From Bacillota bacterium (GTDB taxonomy: Bacteria > Bacillota > Sulfobacillia > RBS10-35 > JAJYVN01), in contig JAJZZC010000005.1 of the NCBI GenBank assembly GCA_021797775.1, positions 5,719 through 69,718 of the forward strand: DNA of 64,000 nt, in the 5' to 3' direction. The translations under genes were made by a program, and so were the position numbers. Below the pieces are notes generated by a model. The model was not told the origin of the DNA and searched no databases. It saw only the letters and a list, made by a program, of their open reading frames with translations. This document shows, piece by piece, positions 29,339 through 39,665 of this stretch (the stretch's first letter is position 1; each line of letters opens with the position of its first letter).

Positions 29339-30092
29339 TAGAGCCCATGCCAGGGCCCGCCGAAAGGCGGGTCATTCGCTGTTCGGGCGCTCGGCCGCGT
29401 CCTACACCCGCATACCGTTGATGCCTTGGCACGCCACGGGACGTTGGGGCAGGGTCCGGTCGGCCGTACCAGGCGGCCGTCCACGGGTGCTGTGGACCTT
29501 CATATGCCCTGTTGATCACGCGGCCATCCCGGCTCCGCGATGCCTCCCGCTGCGCTGTGGTGGGGGGATCTGCACCGTATGTTACCCCCTGGCGGGCGAC
29601 GCCCGTTCTCCCACCGCGGCAGCTGCCCCGGGAGAAGTGGCCACGGTGCCGCTGCCCGTCACACCAAACAGGGCCGGCCATCGTGCGGTGGGTGGCGGCG
29701 ACCCGGGTAGAGGCTCCCCCTAGGGGCGCGTAGCGTCTCACACCACCACACGCAGCGATCAGACTGCCGGGCGACGCCGTCTCCGGCGCGCGCGGCAAGG
29801 GTACGGCTGCTGCCGCCACCGCAGAAGACACGGCCTCCCCTCCAAACAGACCTCCTGCGCCCGAACTGCCCTCCCCCGACCCCGCAATGCGCGACGGGCA
29901 AGTCACTGCCGGGCGGGTGTGTTGGGAAGGGGAAGCGACGCGGGCGCGGAATAGCATCCTGCGATTCCCCCAAAGGAGTCGCCCGCGACCCGCCCCCTGG
30001 GCGAGCGTGGCGCCTCTGCCCGGCCGCGGCATGGAGTGCACGAGGGGCGGAAGCCCTGTCGGCAAGTCGGGTCCGAAGGGGGGTGAACCGAT

Positions 30093-30848
30093 ATGCTCCC
30101 TGTCGACCGCCATTCGGAAATCCTTCGCATGCTGGACAGTAGCAACGTGGTCAAGGTGTCGGATCTGAGCGGCCGATTCAAGGTAAGCGAGGAAACCGTG
30201 CGACGGGACCTCGAACGGCTGGAACAGGATGGCGTGGTGCGCCGCATATATGGCGGTGCCGTCCGTGTGAGCGGTCGGGCCATGGAGTTATCGTTTCAAA
30301 AACGCCAGGCCCGGAACCTCGAACAGAAGCGCCGCATCGCGCTCCTCGCCAAGGAACTGGTGAGTGACGGGGAATCGATCCTCATGGATTCCTCGACGAG
30401 CGCCCTCGAACTGGCGCGAGCCTTGCCGCACATGCGGGTCACGGTGCTGACAAACGCGGTGACAACTGTGATCGAACTCGCCAACAAGGGCATCGATGTC
30501 ATGAGTACCGGCGGGGTGCTCCGCCAGAACAACCTGTCATTCGTCGGACCGATCGCGGAGCGCGCGCTGGAGGGCTATTACGTGGATAAGGCGTTCGTGT
30601 CCTGCCGTGGCCTCACCCTGCGAGAGGGCGCCACGGACGCCTCGGATCTGGAGGTCGAGCTGAAGCGACGCATGTTGCGTGCCGCCAAACGGGCCATCCT
30701 GCTCGTGGATAGCACCAAGTTCGGCCAGGTGGGGTTCTGCTCCATCTGCCCCCTGTCCGACTTTCATACCGTCATCACGGATTGCAAGGCTCCCGCGCAC
30801 GTCGTGGACGAGGTGCGGGATGCCGGGGTGACCGTCCTCATCGCATAG
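30093..30848 (+). CDS. DeoR/GlpR-family transcriptional regulator
   Basis: N-terminal HTH (RHSEILRMLDSSNVVKVSDLSGRFKVSEETVRRDLERLEQDGVVRRIYGGAV) plus a DeoR C-terminal sugar-phosphate sensor domain. Confidence 0.9.
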   Translation: MLPVDRHSEILRMLDSSNVVKVSDLSGRFKVSEETVRRDLERLEQDGVVRRIYGGAVRVSGRAMELSFQKRQARNLEQKRRIALLAKELVSDGESILMDSSTSALELARALPHMRVTVLTNAVTTVIELANKGIDVMSTGGVLRQNNLSFVGPIAERALEGYYVDKAFVSCRGLTLREGATDASDLEVELKRRMLRAAKRAILLVDSTKFGQVGFCSICPLSDFHTVITDCKAPAHVVDEVRDAGVTVLIA

Positions 30849-30871
30849 ATCAGGCCGCCAGTGTGTGATCG

Positions 30872-30922
30872 CGGAGGGAGGGGGGGCGCGTTGGGCGCCC
30901 CCCCTCCCTCCGCTTTGCTTCT
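30872..30922. terminator. Strong (18-bp stem) terminator between convergent DeoR and permease genes
   Basis: CGGAGGGAGGGGGGGCGC-GTTGG-GCGCCCCCCCTCCCTCCG is a perfect 18-bp stem, followed by CTTTGCTTCTT. Confidence 0.7.
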
Positions 30923-31255
30923 TGGCGCGCCGTACCCCGCCCTCGCGCGCCGTGCCCGGGCTGTCGGCGGGCGGGGGCGGGAGTGAACGAATCGTGTCCA
31001 CCGACGGCCGAGTGGGCAGGGCGCGGCGTATCCCCGAGTGGGTGCCGGGCCGATGTGCCCTTGGTGCAGCGGGCTCAGGGTAGCGAGCGGCGGAGGGCAC
31101 GGCGCCGGCCCAGCGAGCCGTCCATCACGGTGGACCAACGGGGCGGCGCCGGCGAGACAGGTCGGCATGCGCCCCCAGAAGCAAGGCGCCCCGACCGTCT
31201 GCTGGACGGTCGGGGCGCCTGCATGCGGGTCAGGCTGCCCGTGCCGAGAGGCGGC

Positions 31256-32191
31256 TCAGCCCGTGAGCCCCGCATGGGCCATGGTCTTGATGACACGGCT
31301 CTGGGTCGCCAGGAAGACGATCATGGGTGGGAGCGCCATGACCATCGCCGCGGCCGCCTGCGCACCGGCCATGGCGACACCCGTCTGCCCTGGAACACCG
31401 GCCGCTCCAAGCGTGGCGAACGCCACCGGCAGCGTCTTCAACGAGTCGGTGTGGATGTACAGCTGGGGGGTGACGGCATCATTCCACACCATGTTGAACG
31501 TCAGGAGCACCAACGTCGCCCACGCCGGTTGGGTCGCCGGGTAGATGATCGATTTCAGGATCTGCCACTCGCTGGCGCCGTCGACTCGCGCCGCCTCGAG
31601 GATGTCCGCCGGGATGGAATCGATATACTGCTTCATCAGGAACAAGCCGAAACTGGAAACAACCACCGGCAGGATCAATGCCCAGTAGGTGTTGATCAGG
31701 CCGAGGCCCTGGATGACGAGATAGCGCGGGATCGTGGTCGCCGGACCGGAGTACATGAGGGAGGCGATGATCAAGAACCACATGATGCCATGGCCGGGCA
31801 TGCTCTTGTGCTTGGAAAGCGGATAGGCCGCCACGGTCGAGATGACCACCACCCCGGCCACCACGGAGACAGCGACGAGCAGGCTGTTGAAGAGGTAGCG
31901 GGCAAAGGGCACGGACAGCCCGGACAAGGCCAGGATCAACTGGCTGAAGTTCTCGGTTGTCAGCTGGTACGGGATGATAATCGGCGGGAAGTGGAATAGC
32001 TCGGAATAGGTCATAAAGGCATGACCGAAGAGCACCACGAACGGCAGCGCCATGAAGATCGCAAAAACCACCAGCATGAAGGTTCCGAACAAGGACAACT
32101 CATCGGTCTTAATCTTACCGTGGCGGCGGATTCGCTGCACGGCGGCCGGGCCCGCGCTCCTGGAGGCCGACACTGATGCGCTGGCCAACAC
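31256..32191 (-). CDS. Carbohydrate ABC transporter permease (MalG/LplC-like)
   Basis: EAA-loop block ILEAARVDGASEWQILKSIIYP and six TM helices. GTG 32191 lies 5 nt after GGAGG. Confidence 0.9.
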   Translation of the reverse strand: MLASASVSASRSAGPAAVQRIRRHGKIKTDELSLFGTFMLVVFAIFMALPFVVLFGHAFMTYSELFHFPPIIIPYQLTTENFSQLILALSGLSVPFARYLFNSLLVAVSVVAGVVVISTVAAYPLSKHKSMPGHGIMWFLIIASLMYSGPATTIPRYLVIQGLGLINTYWALILPVVVSSFGLFLMKQYIDSIPADILEAARVDGASEWQILKSIIYPATQPAWATLVLLTFNMVWNDAVTPQLYIHTDSLKTLPVAFATLGAAGVPGQTGVAMAGAQAAAAMVMALPPMIVFLATQSRVIKTMAHAGLTG

Positions 32192-32245
32192 GCTTCCCTC
32201 CTTCAGCCTATACAGCCGTCGCTGCCGGCTGATTGCGTGGGGCGC

Positions 32246-33201
32246 CTAATCCGAAGAAGCCAACCACTTGTATACCGTCATGCCCATGCCGTACGACCAA
32301 GCGAACATGAGCAGGGCGATTGCTGCGGCGTATCCCATCATAAAGCGTGTCGTCGCATAGTCGTTGGCGTAGTCATTGATCGAAAGCGCGGCATAGTCCG
32401 GACTGTTGATGCCGCCCGCGAGGCCGAGCAACCCACTGCCACCGAAGCTGTTGACCACCGCGAAGATCGAGTTGATCAGGAGAAACGGCTTCATCTGGGG
32501 CATGGTGATATACCACAACTCTTGCCATGCGTTCGAGGTGCCGTCGATGCGCGCCGCCTCATAAAGGTCAGGCTTCACAGTCTGCAGCCCGGCGATGAAG
32601 ATGAGAAAGCCGGTTCCCATGCTCATCCAGAGCGTGATGCCAATGAGCACCGGCATGATCAGCTTGGGGTTTGCCAGCCAGGCGATGGGGGCGTGGATGA
32701 AGCCCATTTTGTAGAGCGTGTAGTTGATCAGGCCGTATTGGTCTGTGGAGAAGAAGTACCCTGAAATCAGCCCGACGGTGATGCTGCTCTGCAGGGAGGG
32801 TGCGTAGAGCGCGAGCGTCAGCGGTACGCGCCACGTCAGGCGTACGCGGTTTATAACCCAGGCGAAGAAGAAGGCGAGGAGCAGCCCGACGGGACCAGTC
32901 GCCAGACCGTAGATGAGCGTATTGCGCACCGCGATGATAAACACGTTGTCGTACAGGAACAGGGTGCGAAAGTTCGTCAGGCCGATCCACGTCGGCGGCT
33001 GCAGGATGTCGTAGTAGGTTAGGCTGATGGCGAGGGCAGCCAGAACCGGAAGAATCGTGAACAGGAAAAAGCCGACGAGGAACGGCGAGAGCATGATATA
33101 GGATGCGCGGAATTGCCAAACCTTGCGCAACCAGCGTTGCAAACCAGGGCCGGTACCACTCCGTCGGACAACCCCGGAAACAACCTCGGCCTCTGCCTGC
33201 A
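32246..33201 (-). CDS. Sugar ABC transporter permease (MalF/LplB-like)
   Basis: LYEAARIDGTSNAWQELWYITMPQMKP. ATG 33201 is preceded by AAAGGGGGGA; the longer track ORF start at 33298 is less likely. Confidence 0.9.
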
Positions 33202-33313
33202 TCCGGCGTCCCCCCTTTGACCGCAACGACCGCCACGCATCTGCGAGTTGCGTCTTGTCGCGCCGCGCGGGGGACGGGCACACCGCCCATCCCCCCACGA
33301 CAGCTGGGCGGCG

Positions 33314-36300
33314 CTACGCCCCGGCGATGCCGTAGCGATTCTGTCCGGCGCCCACCCTCGCCAGGCCGAACTGCGCCTCCATGCGATACAGCTCGTCGTT
33401 GATGTTCTGCACCCCCCACAGCAGTTGCTGGCGGGCGTTCTCACCGTTGATCACGACATTGGTCCAGATGTCGTTGATGTAGCGATCCGAGATGTACCCG
33501 CCCGGGACCATTGGCTCAGGGTGCAGGTTCGTGCGGGTCTGCTCCATGACTTTCAGGTCCTGGGATGGCCAGGGTAGATCGGGTAGCGCCTGGATGTTGG
33601 CCGTGTTCCACGCCAACTGTGTGCCGCCGATCGCCTGAATGTCGTGAGCGAATTCCAGCTGGACCGGGGCACTGGTCCACCATTCGACCCATTTCCACGC
33701 GGCGCTGGGGTGCTTGGCGTTGGTGGGGATGATGACCGACGTCGACTCCTGGAGATCGCCGGCCGTATCATTGTACTTGCAGTAGTTGCCCCCCGAAAGC
33801 ACCGGCGGATGGTTGGGGTTGCCAAACGCGCAGGCGCCCTGGGAGACCACCTTGCACGCACCTGCGGCGGTGCACAGATAGGGCGTGGCCGGGATGGGGG
33901 CGACGCTCCAGAGCCCGGCCAACTGCGGCGCGGCGACCGTAATGGTCACGAAGGTCGGATAGTCGGTGATCCCGATCGGCATCTCCCCGGTTTCGAAGCG
34001 CGTGAAGAAGTTCGCGACCAGCGGCACCTGCCACTCGTCGAAGAGGTTCGTCCAGGCCTTGAAGCCGAGGTAGCCGCCCTGGTTGTCGATCGCCGAACGC
34101 AGGCCGTTGGACGTCTTTTCGTAGTAGTGCCCCCCGTTCTGGTACAGGAAGGGGAGGAAGCCCTGGGGGCCAGCCGGGTAATAGAACTCCATCCCGTGGG
34201 CTTGGAGGATCGGCATGAGCTTGTATACTTCGGGCCAGGTGCGTGGCACGCTGACGTGCAGCGACTGGAGGATGTCCTTGCGGTACAGCATCATCATCAT
34301 GCCTTCGGTCTCCGGAACGCCGTACGTTCCCGTCTGTCCGGCGGCGTTGGTGTACGTGTACGGCGTGAGCATACCCGGGGCGAAGCGGGCCGCGACCGTC
34401 GACCAGTTCGGGAACTTGGTGAGGTTATACGCCCCGCCGCGTAAGGCGAAGTCGACTGGGTTGGTGGTCGTCATGCCCGTGGCGACGTCGGGGCCGTGGC
34501 CGGAGGCCTCGGCGAGCAGCACGATGCCGGAGCCGCCGGGAACCACGTTGTAATTGACGTGGACGCCGGTGACCGGCGTGAACTCACTGTTGGACATCTG
34601 GGACATCACCTTGGCCCAGGTCTGGCCCCAACCGACCCAGACGGTGATGCCATTGCTGTATACGCTGCCGATGTCGGTGTAATTGCGGTAGAAGGACAGG
34701 ATGAAGGTACGCCAGGTGGTGACCAGGCTCTGCAGGGGGCTGGCGGAGGCGGACGGCCAGCGGTAGCTGGGAGCGGCGAAGCCGAACCAGTCGATGCTGA
34801 GAGCCTGGTCCTGCATCTGGGTGAGGACGCCCGCCAATGCCGACTCGTCGTTCTGCCATTCGGTCATACCGAGGGGGATGTTACTCGGGTGATCGGCGAA
34901 ACGGGTGAGGTCCTGGGCGGTGATGCGCATCGTGTTCGCCGCGTCTGGTACAACACCACCCGTAATGTAGGTGAGGAAAGCGGCCTGTTGGTTGAGAACA
35001 CGCACCGCGGACCGCATGTCAGGGATGAGGAACGGTAGGGAACTGCCAAGGTCGTAGGTAACGTTGGGATTCGGGTTCGGACCAGTGATCAAGAGGATCT
35101 GGCGCTGCAGCTCCCCCAGAAACTGGGTGGTGCGTTGAAGCGTCGACAGTGCCTGGCCGAGGAGCCCCATCGTCGTTTCGAAGCGGATGGTGTGGGGGCC
35201 TTTCGTTAGGCCGACCAGGGCTGGCTGACCGTTCGGTTGCGAGAGGGTCAGGATCTGCCAATTGTTATTAAAGGGAAACGTAACCCACTGGGCGCCGTTG
35301 AATGGCACCCTGCCGTCGATGAGGATACGCCTGGTCACCGGCGTGCCGACCAATCCCCCGCCCTGTCCCGCTTGGAGCACCCGGAATCCAAGCTTGTATA
35401 GGCCGGTGGTTGGTACCGTGAATTTGTATTGTACCCATTGTGCCGGATACTGGAAGGTGCGGCCGCTGAGTTCGTTGAGAATGAAGTAGCCGTTGGCCGG
35501 AGGCGTCATGCTGGGATACGAGGAGGATCCCGGCTCGATGGTGGGGTCGGACATCATCGAGATGTTCTCACCCTGGACCTCGGTGCAAAGGCCGCAATGG
35601 ACCGGCTTCATGCCGGAGGCCTTCCACTGCGCGAGGGCGGCTTGGTAGCTGGGCGGATTGCTGAGGCCGTGGAAGGTGAAGCTGGTGATCGCCATGGGCG
35701 AGCTGATCTGCGTGACTTCGAGCACGTGCGAGCCGGCCGTCAAGCAGAACAGCAGGGGAGTCTCATACGCCCCCAGGGCATCGCGGGCATTGACGGTCTG
35801 CCACGCCTCGGCCTCTACGGGCACGGGATAGAGGTTGTTGCCCTGGTTGTCCTTGGGGAATTGAACCAGGCCGTTGGGCAGTACCTTCTTGCCGGTGAGT
35901 TTCCAACGCTCGGGGAACGGTGATTGCGCGGTCTCCTGGTACTGGGTTCCGTTATAGCTCTGGGTGCCGGTCGGGCTGGTGAGGTCCAGGGCACACGGCT
36001 GGCTTTCGGGGTTCTTTGTAGAGGGGACGGCCCAAGCGGGTGCCGTAGCGGTGGGGGATGCCGAGGCCGATGGATTGATCCAGGCGGGCAGTTGGGTCGG
36101 GTTGAGCCCGGCTCGCTTGATGGCGGCGAGGACCTGCGGAGAAGTTTGCGCCGCGCCCGAGCCGATGGTCACGACGGGGCCCGTGCCGGGAGGATCGATG
36201 AGGAAGCCACGTTCGCCCGCGGTGTCCTTGCCGCACCACACTGGGTTGACGTTGAGGGTTTGGTTGGTCAGGAAGCTGCTGGCGGAGCGTTCGCCAGGCT

Positions 36301-36895
36301 TGAAGCAGCCGGGGTAGTCATAGTAGTTGAGAGACAGCGCATAGAGACCGGTCTGCGGCACCTTGAAATGATAGTAAAGGTCGTTGACGCTGGTCGGCCA
36401 GCCCAGGGCGGCCTGCTTGTTGCCGGCCAACTCGCCCGCAGGGATCTTCTTGACCCCGGGACTGCCACCGCTGGTCTTGTAGTAGTCGACGGCGGGGATG
36501 GTCACGTGCACGCCAGGCGCGACCACCTTCGCGCCCTGAGCCTCCCACTGAGCGAGGGTGGAGAAGAAATTGCGCTGGCTCAGCACGCCGACAGGCAGTA
36601 CGCTCTGGTCGACGCTCGCCGAGTTGAGGGGACTGACGTTGTATCCGTTAACAGGCAGTGTGTAAGACGCGGTGTGCGTGTTGTCATTCAGTCCCACCGG
36701 GGGATTCGGGAGCCCGTATCCCAGGCCCGAGGCGGGCTGGGGTGTGCCTTTCCGTCCCGAGGTGGGCTGGGATGTCGGCTTGTGGCCCGGGGGCTGAGCG
36801 GCCATGACGGGCGCGCCGGCGGCGATCAACAGAGAGGTCCCCAAGCCCAGCGCGACTACGGCCCGCTCCCACGTGCGGCGCTGCCGCTTCGACAT
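33314..36895 (-). CDS. Giant (~1190 aa) extracellular solute-binding protein: signal peptide, Pro/Thr linker, ~600-aa N-terminal region with two similar modules, C-terminal family-1 (LplA-like) SBP domain
   Basis: MSKRQRRTWERAVVALGLGTSLLIAAGAPVMAAQPP signal. Two similar segments (WEAQGAKVVAPGVHVTIPA...YHFKVPQTGLYALSLNYY and WKASGMKPVHCGLCTEVQG...YKFTVPTTGLYKLGFRVLQ). The C-terminal ~550 aa has an SBP-like composition (ITVWVGWGQTW...). ATG 36895 lies 8 nt after GAGGAG. Confidence 0.85.
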   Translation of the reverse strand: MSKRQRRTWERAVVALGLGTSLLIAAGAPVMAAQPPGHKPTSQPTSGRKGTPQPASGLGYGLPNPPVGLNDNTHTASYTLPVNGYNVSPLNSASVDQSVLPVGVLSQRNFFSTLAQWEAQGAKVVAPGVHVTIPAVDYYKTSGGSPGVKKIPAGELAGNKQAALGWPTSVNDLYYHFKVPQTGLYALSLNYYDYPGCFKPGERSASSFLTNQTLNVNPVWCGKDTAGERGFLIDPPGTGPVVTIGSGAAQTSPQVLAAIKRAGLNPTQLPAWINPSASASPTATAPAWAVPSTKNPESQPCALDLTSPTGTQSYNGTQYQETAQSPFPERWKLTGKKVLPNGLVQFPKDNQGNNLYPVPVEAEAWQTVNARDALGAYETPLLFCLTAGSHVLEVTQISSPMAITSFTFHGLSNPPSYQAALAQWKASGMKPVHCGLCTEVQGENISMMSDPTIEPGSSSYPSMTPPANGYFILNELSGRTFQYPAQWVQYKFTVPTTGLYKLGFRVLQAGQGGGLVGTPVTRRILIDGRVPFNGAQWVTFPFNNNWQILTLSQPNGQPALVGLTKGPHTIRFETTMGLLGQALSTLQRTTQFLGELQRQILLITGPNPNPNVTYDLGSSLPFLIPDMRSAVRVLNQQAAFLTYITGGVVPDAANTMRITAQDLTRFADHPSNIPLGMTEWQNDESALAGVLTQMQDQALSIDWFGFAAPSYRWPSASASPLQSLVTTWRTFILSFYRNYTDIGSVYSNGITVWVGWGQTWAKVMSQMSNSEFTPVTGVHVNYNVVPGGSGIVLLAEASGHGPDVATGMTTTNPVDFALRGGAYNLTKFPNWSTVAARFAPGMLTPYTYTNAAGQTGTYGVPETEGMMMMLYRKDILQSLHVSVPRTWPEVYKLMPILQAHGMEFYYPAGPQGFLPFLYQNGGHYYEKTSNGLRSAIDNQGGYLGFKAWTNLFDEWQVPLVANFFTRFETGEMPIGITDYPTFVTITVAAPQLAGLWSVAPIPATPYLCTAAGACKVVSQGACAFGNPNHPPVLSGGNYCKYNDTAGDLQESTSVIIPTNAKHPSAAWKWVEWWTSAPVQLEFAHDIQAIGGTQLAWNTANIQALPDLPWPSQDLKVMEQTRTNLHPEPMVPGGYISDRYINDIWTNVVINGENARQQLLWGVQNINDELYRMEAQFGLARVGAGQNRYGIAGA

Positions 36896-37846
36896 GCTCG
36901 TCACTCCTCGCTTTGGCGCGCACGGCTGCTGCGCAACTGCCGGCCATGAGGTCGCCGGCGGACCCGATATCCGGTCTCTGAATTCTGCGGCCTGTCGTCA
37001 TTCCCCTGCATCGGGCAACGGGGTACCCACATCTGGCACGCCGTAGGATGGCGCGGTGCCGCCGGCGGCACACCTGCTGGAACGCTTCCTTTAATACGGC
37101 CTCCGGTTGCAACGCGGGTGCGGTGCCGCGGCGGCGGTCCATATGTGAAGTCCGGGACGGTGATATGCCCCGTGAGCGCGCGGACGCCGGCGTCCGCGCT
37201 GGCCGCTTGGGGAGGGGGTGGACCGCGGCCGCGCCGTGGGCGATTGGGTGGTCCGCCTGCTGCCTGCCCGGCACCCTGCCGGCCCACGGGCGCTCGGGCC
37301 ACGGCCTCCAGGCAGGGTTCGCCGCCACGGGCGCATCGGCGCTCGCGTGGGCGGCTGGCGGCATCAGGGATCGACACGGGGCACGGACCGGGTGGCGGCC
37401 GGAGCCGAGCGAGCCGCCGGGTACGGGGTACGGGGTCAGCGGATACGTAGGGCGTTGCGGCGGCACGGCGCAGAAGAGTCGGCACTGCGCGGATGCGGCC
37501 AACGGGGCGCCGAGACGCGGGCGGACACGGCCTCGGGCACGCCAGGCGAGCAGGCCCCGCCCGGGCGGGCGCGCCCGGGCCGGACGGGGGGGGATACGCC
37601 AGAGCGTTCGGATCGGGGTTGCTCAGAAGGCACCAGAGGTGTGAAGGACGGAAGGAGATCGCTGGCGAACGGCCAATGGGGAACTCCACGTGTGGGGTGT
37701 CGAGGATCCCACTCGGGCCGGCGACCGCTTTGCAGTGCGTCATGGGATTAGTCCGTTCGGCACAGGCGGCGTACGGCCTTGTCGATCCGTGAGCCCTTGG
37801 CCTGTGGCGGCGGGGGCGGCGCGAAGAGGGGCGGGGTGCGCTGGCC

Positions 37847-38569
37847 GTGGGGCAAGCAGTGGCGTGGCAGGACAGTGAGGCGGTTGTCGCCGCCCAGGAC
37901 GTGGTGCGGACGTACCGGCGCGGCGCAACTGCGGTCGAGGCGCTCAAGGGGATCACGCTGGTGATTCCGCGGGGACGGATGACGCTGCTGAAGGGCCGGT
38001 CCGGTTCGGGTAAGACGACGATGCTCAACCTCATCGCAGGGCTCGACCGGCCGACCTCCGGTCGCATCCAGTTTCAGGGACGCGAAATCAGCGGACTCGC
38101 GGACGCTGAGTTGACTCGCATGCGGCGCCAAAACATTGGACTGGTGTTCCAGACGTTTGCTCTGCTTCCGACATACTCCGCGTATGAGAACGTGGACTTG
38201 GTCTTACGGATCGCCGGCGTGTCCCTGCGTCAGCGGGACCGCCGCGTGCGGGAGGTTCTGGCGCTGGTCGGTCTGGCGAAGCGTATGTCCCACCGGCCCT
38301 TCGAGCTGTCGGGCGGGGAGCAGCAGCGTGTTTCCATCGCGCGCGCGTTGGCCCCGCACCCGAGCCTCATCCTGGCTGACGAGCCAACTGGGGAACTGGA
38401 CAGCGGGACGGGCTTGGCCATCGTCCGGTTGTTTCGGCGGCTGATGGAAGAAGAGGGCGTGACGGTCTGCCTGACGACGCACGACGCTGCGGTCATGGCG
38501 CTCGCCGACCTGACCTATGAGATCGTCGACGGGCGCATCGTCGGCGAGGTGGGCGCGGGCCATGCGTGA
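37847..38569 (+). CDS. ABC transporter ATP-binding protein (MacB/LolD/YknY type)
   Basis: Walker A GRSGSGKTT, Q-loop, signature LSGGEQQRVSIARAL, Walker B ILADEPTGELD, H-loop TTHD. The start is approximate. Confidence 0.9.
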   Translation: MGQAVAWQDSEAVVAAQDVVRTYRRGATAVEALKGITLVIPRGRMTLLKGRSGSGKTTMLNLIAGLDRPTSGRIQFQGREISGLADAELTRMRRQNIGLVFQTFALLPTYSAYENVDLVLRIAGVSLRQRDRRVREVLALVGLAKRMSHRPFELSGGEQQRVSIARALAPHPSLILADEPTGELDSGTGLAIVRLFRRLMEEEGVTVCLTTHDAAVMALADLTYEIVDGRIVGEVGAGHA

Positions 38570-39665
38570 GACGTGCGGTTGCGCTATGCGACGGGGCAGA
38601 CCGGGACAGCGATGGACTCCGCGCGTGGGCGTCGTCGTCGGCCTGCTGACGTGTCTCGCGCTTCTCCCAGCCTGTGGAACCCGGACGGTGAGCGCGACTG
38701 TCGCCCAGTCCCTGGTGGTGCCGCAGACGCCGCCGCTAGCGCTCACGAAGGCATTCCGTGGGACAGTCAAGTCGACGGTGCAGGTCAGTGGTCAGGTCGT
38801 ATCGCTGCGGACGGCCCGGCTGTACTTCCACAACGGCGGCACCGTGGCGAGCGTCAGCGTTCTCGACGGTGAAGCGGTGGGCAAGGGTCAAGTGCTGGCG
38901 TCCTTGGATACGGGGAATCTGCCCTATCAGATCCTAGCTGCCCGGCTCAACGTCCAGCGAGACCGCCTCAACCTCCAGAACATGCAGTTGTCGCAAGCCC
39001 CGCTGTCCAGCGCGGCGGCGGCCGCGGCCGCCGCGATCCAAGAGCGGCAGGCGATGCTGACCCTGGCCCAGGATGAGGTTGCATGGAAAGCCGATCGGCT
39101 GGCCTTGGCGGAGGACGAGGTGGTGGCACCCTTTGCCGGCCAGGTCAACGACGTCTCGGTTGCGCCCGGAGACCAGGTCAATGGCTTCCAGACGGTCATG
39201 GTGCTCAGCGACCCGTCTCAGGAATCCTTCGTCGCGAACATCAATCAGACCACCGCTCAAGAGCTGGCAGCCGGCCAGCACGCGGTTTTCACTTACAATG
39301 CCAGCAGCGGGTCAGCCCACCAGGCGGCTGTCCGGAGTGTCTTCATCCCGACGGCGGCGCAGATCGCGCAGGCGGAGACAAACGGGTTGACCCCGCCCCT
39401 GCCCAGCGTCACCTTGGCGGTACAGGGGTTGCGACGGCGACCCCCGCTTGGCGCCGCCTTCACCGCCACGATTACGTTGGCCCAAGCCGCGAACGTCGTC
39501 TACGTCCCCAGCGACGCCATCCGGCAGTTTAACGGGTTCACCTACGTAGACGTCTTGCACCATGGCACGATCGCAGAGGTTCCCGTGCAGGTGGGGTTAC
39601 AGGGCGACACGACCACTGTGGTGACCAAGGGCCTTGTCGCTGGAGAGCGGGTGGTGGAGCCATGA
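38562..39665 (+). CDS. Efflux adaptor lipoprotein (HlyD/MacA/YknX-like membrane fusion protein)
   Basis: Lipobox LLPACG after a basic N-terminus, coiled-coil hairpin region (QILAARLNVQRDRLNLQNMQL...), and beta-barrel/lipoyl-like segments (APFAGQVNDVSVAPGDQV). ATG overlaps the upstream stop. Confidence 0.8.
   Translation: MRETCGCAMRRGRPGQRWTPRVGVVVGLLTCLALLPACGTRTVSATVAQSLVVPQTPPLALTKAFRGTVKSTVQVSGQVVSLRTARLYFHNGGTVASVSVLDGEAVGKGQVLASLDTGNLPYQILAARLNVQRDRLNLQNMQLSQAPLSSAAAAAAAAIQERQAMLTLAQDEVAWKADRLALAEDEVVAPFAGQVNDVSVAPGDQVNGFQTVMVLSDPSQESFVANINQTTAQELAAGQHAVFTYNASSGSAHQAAVRSVFIPTAAQIAQAETNGLTPPLPSVTLAVQGLRRRPPLGAAFTATITLAQAANVVYVPSDAIRQFNGFTYVDVLHHGTIAEVPVQVGLQGDTTTVVTKGLVAGERVVEP

Noticed and set aside
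29339-30092. Possible gene or structured RNA between tRNA-Val(GAC) and the DeoR gene
   Set aside because: The only long ORF (29301-30113, minus) overlaps the tRNA and is low complexity. I found no RNase P, tmRNA, SRP or 6S hallmarks, so it is left unannotated.
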